A stretch of DNA of 64,000 bases from positions 1,888,545-1,952,544 of the forward strand of contig WELB01000001.1 of the NCBI GenBank assembly GCA_009602725.1, given 5' to 3'. The notes beneath the pieces were generated by a model. That model worked only from the letters and a program-made list of their open reading frames with translations, did not search any database and had not been told where the DNA came from. The position numbers were made by a program, and so were the translations under genes. This DNA comes from Spirogloea muscicola. Its lineage: Eukaryota. Positions 57,871 to 64,000 of this stretch are shown here, in pieces. How positions within the stretch are numbered: position 1 is the first letter of the stretch; every line of letters begins with the position of its first letter.

Positions 57871-58810
57871 CGCTTGCCGTTCGCACTTGGCCAATTTTGG
57901 CCTTGTATTACTTTGAATGCACGCAATATTTTCCCTCTATATGCACCCGGCTGGCTTCTGCAGCGCTCTTAGATCAGTATCAGCAGCCACATTTCTTCTT
58001 CCCTTTGTGCTTGGCCGCCCTGAGTCTGTGTTACTGACCACATGCAATTCCCAAATTGGGCAGGCCGTTAGTTGTTGTTGCCGCCCAGCTCGAGGCCTGC
58101 CTCGCAGTGTGCTTGCTAGCAGCGCAACGCTCAGGCATGGTAGGCTTGCATGCAACTCCCGGTGCTAGCCCACGGCAGAGGCTGCTTGCTCCGTTGCTTT
58201 CCTGGAAGCTGCATGTTCTGGCAAGAAGCGGCTGTGCACAGGGTAGCACAGGCAGGTGATGCATATTCCACACACGAAGCAACTTTGTTAGCGGCCTGCA
58301 TTCTGATGATGGCTGGGGATAAGAAGTCCCTCCAAGAAATGACAGTACAGTTGTGGAACGCATCAGCTGCTGACCCCAGGTCCCCAATGTGAATCGTACG
58401 ATTGTTGTTCCAACAAGTGCAGAGGGTGAAGGGGCAGTCGTGCCCTTACTCACGAGCTTCCGCCAAGAGATAGAATACCCTGGGTAAATCGGAACAACTT
58501 CCACGAAATCGCAACAACCCATACAATTCTCAGCGGCTTTCATCCAACATATACATTACAAACATATCTTCAACTTATGATACAGAAGGCTTTCAGTACA
58601 ACAACAACGCAAGGATGGCTGAAAACCATGGAGTGGTTTGCAGCTGCTGTTACGCATTGTCCTGCTGGTATAGTAACAACAGCAAGCACCACTACACCTT
58701 TTGGTAGCACTGCCAGCACACGAGAGAATTGCAGAAGCAATTAACTTTCTGGCTAAGCAAAGGGATGCTCTTGGCACAGAGAGCTAGCCCCATTGACTAA
58801 GGCCTGCAGT

Positions 58811-60503
58811 CTACTTGACGCTAGAGACAATGGTCTCAACAGCCTTCGCAGCTGGACCCCAATCGATGAATGCACGATGGGCAGCTGCCTCAAATGCCAG
58901 AAGGCCAGCAAATCCAAGCATGGCAGTCCTTCCATTCCATCTCTCAGCTTGAGCATTGAATGGCCCATTCCTGGATAGCAGTGAAGCAACATTTCCTACA
59001 TCAGTCCAGCTTGTCGGTCATGCATAGAGCTCTATGAGAAGTAACTAGTGGCCTGAATGAAGCAAGCTTGCCATGTATACCAAGCTCAATGGCCATGCTA
59101 CTGAGTTGTCAAAGGTACCTACCTCTACACGGGCTATCAAACGCAGGGCATGCTACCTTCAGCCTAACAGCTACTTGTCTTGCACAAATTGTTCGATGGG
59201 GGGGAGTCACTCACACTCGACTGTCGGGGCTCTCCCCCTGGAACATGGGGACCAAAGATGCATAGAAGAAGACTTGGCCAAAGACAAGCAACCAGAACAG
59301 GCCAGTGCTGCCAGACTCTGTGACCTGCTGCACAATCGTCTTGTGTGTGTAGTACTCCCCAATAAGGCCCCAGAAGAATCCAACCATGGCCTACGTCATA
59401 CAAAGACAAAGTAGTTGCAATGTTATACCCAGTAAGAAACAGCAGAGCAGACTGCAGGGTAGACTACGGGGTAGCTGCGTCTTCCTCAAGTAGCTGCAAT
59501 ATTATGCTATGTGCTGTACACACGGAAGATAAGCCTGCAATCTTGCATGTGCGGCTGCACAACCATGACATGTCCTTACCAGCCGGCCGTTGATCGTCTC
59601 AGGTCCAGGACCATCAAAAGCCATGACGCTCTGGAACGTAGTATCTCCGGTCTCTGGGCGCCTCTCAATCTCTGGACGAGGGATGGTAGTTCCTGTCTTG
59701 GAAGGGACCGTACCCACAACTGACCGCTTCTCGTCCTCCCTAGCCATGTTCTCCCGCACCTTGTCGGCCGTGGTATTCACTTTTGTTCCCTTCACAGCAT
59801 CTTTGACCTGTAAGGCAACTTGGCATTGTAAGTCTACCTCGCTGAAAGTTTTGAGCTTGGTCTGACAAAGAAGTTGAAATCCAATACTGCATGAGAATTC
59901 TATCAGAGTAAATTTGGCCTTGCCATGCATCATGTTAGCACTCTGGATATCAACAGCGGCGCTCAATCGCCCCAGTCGAAATGAAGAACTTAAGCAACCT
60001 TCTGCACATTGACCACGGGCGTCCAGACTTGGTCAGAGAGCAACTACAGGTTAGTGCTGGGCAGCTGAACACTCTCTAAGAGTACAAGTCATCCTTTGAA
60101 CTGGAACGGTGTCACCTACCGTGTCAATAAGGTCGTCAGTAGGAGCACGGTCATTCCTGACAGCAAGAGGACGATATTTTTGTTGCTTCTGCTGCCTTCC
60201 GCCAATTGATCTGATAGGTGTCAGGAAGGGTGAAGCCGACTTGATGGACCTGGAATGAAGTAAGGGGTCATTAGTGTTCAGTCGGGCACTTCTATGTGCT
60301 GCTTTAAGGGATAATGTTCATGGCAGCCTGGGAAAGCAAATCTCTCCTACCTGTAAAAAGGCATCCAGAACTCCAGTAGCAGACTTAAAAAGCAAAGCAA
60401 TCTACAACCAGCGAAAGACGCACCTGGGCATACGCTGGCTGCTAGCAATGCCGCTGCCAAGGACCAGCGCGCCGGCGGAGACGGCATACATGGTCGCGGC
60501 CAT
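58811..60503 (-). CDS. ELIP: ELIP / LHC-like protein, copy 2 (tandem paralog)
   Basis: 'AFDGPGPETINGRLAMVG', 'GESPDSRVNGPFNAQAERWNGRTAMLGFAGLLAFE'; same intron positions as copy 1 in the conserved exons. Confidence 0.9.
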
Positions 60504-60752
60504 GGCAGCTGTTCCACAACAACCACCGAAGCCGGAGCTGGGAGCTTGCGGGCGAGAGCTGGTCGATGCGGAGGGAGGTCAGGGGGGGCAACGAGAGAGT
60601 CTGAATAGACTCCGGCTGCCAGTGAAGAAGCATTGTGAGCTGTGGCCGTACATGAGCGTTCACAAACACCGGGAAGCTAGGAGAGGGGCGGAAAGCAGGT
60701 AATCCCCAGTTCCGTGGCAATTGGTGTAGGAAGTACAGCCTCCCCCGGTGGG

Positions 60753-60825
60753 GGAGCAAGGCGCGGGGCGCATGAAACGAGAAAGGGTGGCCAAATTCAA
60801 TACAATCGCCCGATACATTGCTTAG
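60753..60825 (+). repeat. Module R of dispersed repeat family in ELIP copy 2 promoter
   Basis: aaggcgcggggcgcatgaaacgagaaagggtggccaaattcaa.. matches ~35372-35425, 36134-36180 and 34192-34245. Confidence 0.7.
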
Positions 60826-60909
60826 GACCCGGTGGGGGAGGTGGGGCCGTGAGTCTGCCAGATGGCGGCTGGCGAAGCCCCTCCCTCGCCCTGGGGACTG
60901 CTCGCCACC

Positions 60910-61015
60910 CACGTGGCCGGGGAGGCCGTGCGGCGGTGGCGCCTTGCTGGACGCCACGCTGGCGAAGCTCCCGCCACGTTGGCGTCCGCGTGGCAATGGG
61001 TGGAAGTCCACGTCA
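60910..61015. promoter_or_regulatory. G-box/ABRE-like cluster between ELIP copy 2 and the divergent gene
   Basis: CACGTGGC 60910, GCCACGT 60973, CGCGTGGC 60987, CCACGTCA 61008. Confidence 0.55.
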
Positions 61016-61126
61016 GCCTCACCGCACGAGGTTCATGGTTTTGGATTTTATAGCCTGCTCGTTCGTTTACAGCAGCCGCATTCTGCCGTCTGGGTAGCGC
61101 GCCCGCAGCTTGCCCCACAAGCCGCC

Positions 61127-63203
61127 ATGGCGGCCGCCGTGCTGCCGGCGGCGGCGGCGGCGGCGGCAGTGGCGGCGGTGGCGCCCNTGCGCCTCATGGC
61201 GCGCGGCTCATGCAGCTCGTGGTCCGGCGCCCGCTCGCGGCGCACGCGGACGTCCTCTGCCTGCTCCTGCTGGTGCGGGCTGGGGGCGTCGCTCGCCGAC
61301 GGGCTGCGGTCCTTGGTCGCGGCGCCGGCTCCCGGCCCCGTGCGCTTCCCGCGGCGGGCGCTGGACCTCAAGCTGGCCGTCCTCCTCATGCGCTCCTCTT
61401 ACGAGGCCGTCGACGACCTCGACTTCATCGCCATGGACAAGTTCCAGGAGAAGGTGCATAGCACTGCGCTCATGCTCGCTTATCATCCTCCGCTCGATGC
61501 ACTTGAGCGGTCTGTCTAGCCAATGCTGCATCGAGTGGCTATCATTTAGATTGCTTACTTGCTTTCCAGGCCTGCGCACCCGCATTCACTATCAGACCTG
61601 CCAGGGGCCGCAGGCAGAAATAGTCTTGCTGCCTTGTTGCAGAGACACGTTTGCAAAGGCCTCGGAAGGACTGTGTTCCTTCTGTGTACCTGGTCCAGGA
61701 TGACTTAGAAGCAGGTTCAAGGACTTGTCCTCGATGCAGTCCTCAGAATGCATAAGGGCTGGCAGGCCCTATTGTGGTGTTACTCAGGAGTCTAATTCCA
61801 GCATCTGGACGTGATAGAGTGTTCGCCATGTTCTATACCTTGGTCACGGGTTAGCTTGAAAACGTTGGCTGAGGTGGCGAAGGTGGTTGACCAAGGACGG
61901 CGAAGTTCTGGAAGCTGCGGCAGAGTGAGGTGGAGCAGTACACCCAGCAGTATCAACCTCTCAAGATCCGTTACGGCGACCTTACTGATCCCGTCAGTGG
62001 TTTCACTGATCAAAATTGACATCTCTGTCTTGAGTTCTGAAGTTTAACGTTGACATTTTGAAGTTGTGACGTTTTGACTTTCAATGACCAATCAGCTGCT
62101 GATGATCACCTTTCCTTACTGTTTAGTAGATATTTAATAACTCTCTGCAGGCTCCTGCCATATCTGTTGCTTGCAGCTGTACTTCGATTTTATAAGTTTT
62201 GCTCAATTTGCCACCATCTCAAGGGCAATGCAGACAGGCGAGCTTGTGTTTCAGGTCAGACCGGACTTCATGCCTCAATTTATTAGCCTGATGTTGCTCA
62301 TCCTGGTATTGGTGCAAGTCACATCTGGTATAAGAAGGCATCTAGCGACACACTGTCAGGTGTATCTTACCATCCTTCTTACATGTGATCACTTGTGGCT
62401 GCAGGAGAGAACAGGGTCGGCAGGTGAGCTGAGGACAGTCATCAGGGACGAGCGTTTCCACGATAATGCCTCCCTGCCAAAGGCCTTTGAGCATCAAGCT
62501 GGCTCCAGAATCTATACGTCTCTTGTTGAGGGGTTTGAAGGGATCGTTTTTGGGGCCCCAAAGCCTTGCCCACCTGGGGCAAACATTGACTTGGTGAGAA
62601 TCAAATGTTCTTGCTGCAAGTTCTAGCTTGCTGATCAACGAGCCTTGTCTACCTCACGGTTGTGTGTATGCAGAAGTCACCTCAAGAGGTTCATGTAGCA
62701 GCAGTGGGTCCACTTACACAGGCTGACATCTTGGACCACCCGCGTGCAGGTTGTAGAATCTGTTCGGTCTCTCCTTGATGTTTTGGTATCCCATGGGTAT
62801 GCACTTGCTGCAACTGTAGCTGATGTGAACAGTACCGGCGATGCTGGGAGCTTCCAGGTACATCAAACAGAGGCTTACTTCTATGGGATTGCAATGTAAT
62901 GAGCAATCTGCTTGGCAAGGCATACTCAATCTTCATTGGCCAAGGTCTACACGTATAGCCTGCAGCTTTTGCTGATGTCAATAATCTTGCAATGTCTTGC
63001 TGCAGCTTAACTTGGAGGGACCTGCAACATTGTGGGGGATGCGGACACTGGCCAATAGGGGCGCTTGGACAAGGAGCGAATTCCATGCTCTCGCCATTGC
63101 AGCTCTGCTCAGGGCCAGTCAGTTTGACTGCAATTGCTCGCCTCAATACGCAGAAACTTCATGCCTTGAAAGATGGACAATTACTAGGGATACGAGAAGA
63201 TAG
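61127..63203 (+). CDS. Conserved protein of unknown function, probably plastid/thylakoid-targeted, multi-exon
   Basis: 'LDLKLAVLLMRSSYEAVDDLDFIAMDKFQEK|FWKLRQSEVEQY..YGDLTDP|LYFDFISFAQFATISRAM', 'LLDVLVSHGYAL', 'LNLEGPATLWGMRTL'; GT-AG exons join in frame. Confidence 0.75.
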
Positions 63204-64000
63204 GAGCCATTGAGAGCATAGGAAAGAGAACAATATTTATGTGAGCCGTGGGTCTGAGCCATGGATGCCTGGTTCTATGTTGTTGCCCTGACTTCCTGGC
63301 AGCCCGTCAATGGGTGTCAGAGGTCATTATATTTTATAGATATGCCAGGATTTTGACGTAATGTGCGTTACAGTTTTGACGCGAGAGTACTTTCTCAACG
63401 TTAGAGCTTTAATTTATCCCACATTTATTGCGAACGAGCTTGCAAACATATATTTCGCTTCAGAATGTTGGTGCAGCCCTAGCCTTCAGGAGCTAAGTAT
63501 ATGTACCTTATGTGCTGCAGACCTGATAACAAGTGATGTGCGGCTTTCGCTGTCAGTCGGAGCAGCATTTGCCATACTGATGCTCGTCCTAATTAGATGG
63601 CATTCTGGGGCTTCTTATATGCAACCTTAGGCTTCTCAATAAGTCGCTTCCACTCTCTGCTTTCCTCTGGTGGCACGGCCACGGTGAAAGTGCCTTCCTC
63701 GAGACCTAGGACAATATATGCAGCTGTTGTAAAGAATTTCATCAAAAGCTTTTGTCAAACAAGCAGCACGATTTTGACATACCAGAAATCGAAGTGCAAG
63801 CTGGTAGCATGCCCATATGGCAAATCTTGTGGAGACTATATTGGATGAAATCAGGGCGAGGTATTAGCTCACTGGTTGCTATTTGTAACGACAGGGACAA
63901 CTTACAAGTGTAGCTGTTTTTAAGTAACTGCCTCAAGGTGACGCTTGTGCATTGCAGGTCCTATCTAGATCACGAAGTTGGTTTTATATACCTTCATAGA

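Overview
Gene-dense, intron-rich, GC-rich eukaryotic nuclear DNA from a photosynthetic green-lineage organism. TIC110, ELIPs and plant-type TPR3 and ApaG-UVR genes suggest a streptophyte green alga (inference). The draft assembly has N-gaps at several GC-rich first exons and two probably artefactual homopolymer runs. About 19 protein-coding genes can be assembled by eye, mostly in head-to-head pairs: GT77 glycosyltransferase, DUF4211/CCDC82-like, FANCE-like, organellar uL23, TPR3-like, RFC small subunit, TIC110, eIF3j, 6PGD, pirin, a large VWA-domain protein of unknown function, RPS13, a candidate 50-aa Cys-rich membrane microprotein, TAF11, UVR-ApaG, two tandem ELIPs and a conserved unknown plastid protein. 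Two intergenic islands (33.6-36.2 kb, 52.5-54.8 kb) consist of a family of related hairpin-bearing repeats. One resolves into a non-autonomous Mutator-like element with a 9-bp TSD and a second insertion nested in its left TIR; fragments of the family also lie in promoters and an intron. Gene names come from recalled family motifs, not database searches; CDS coordinates are start-to-stop spans including introns.
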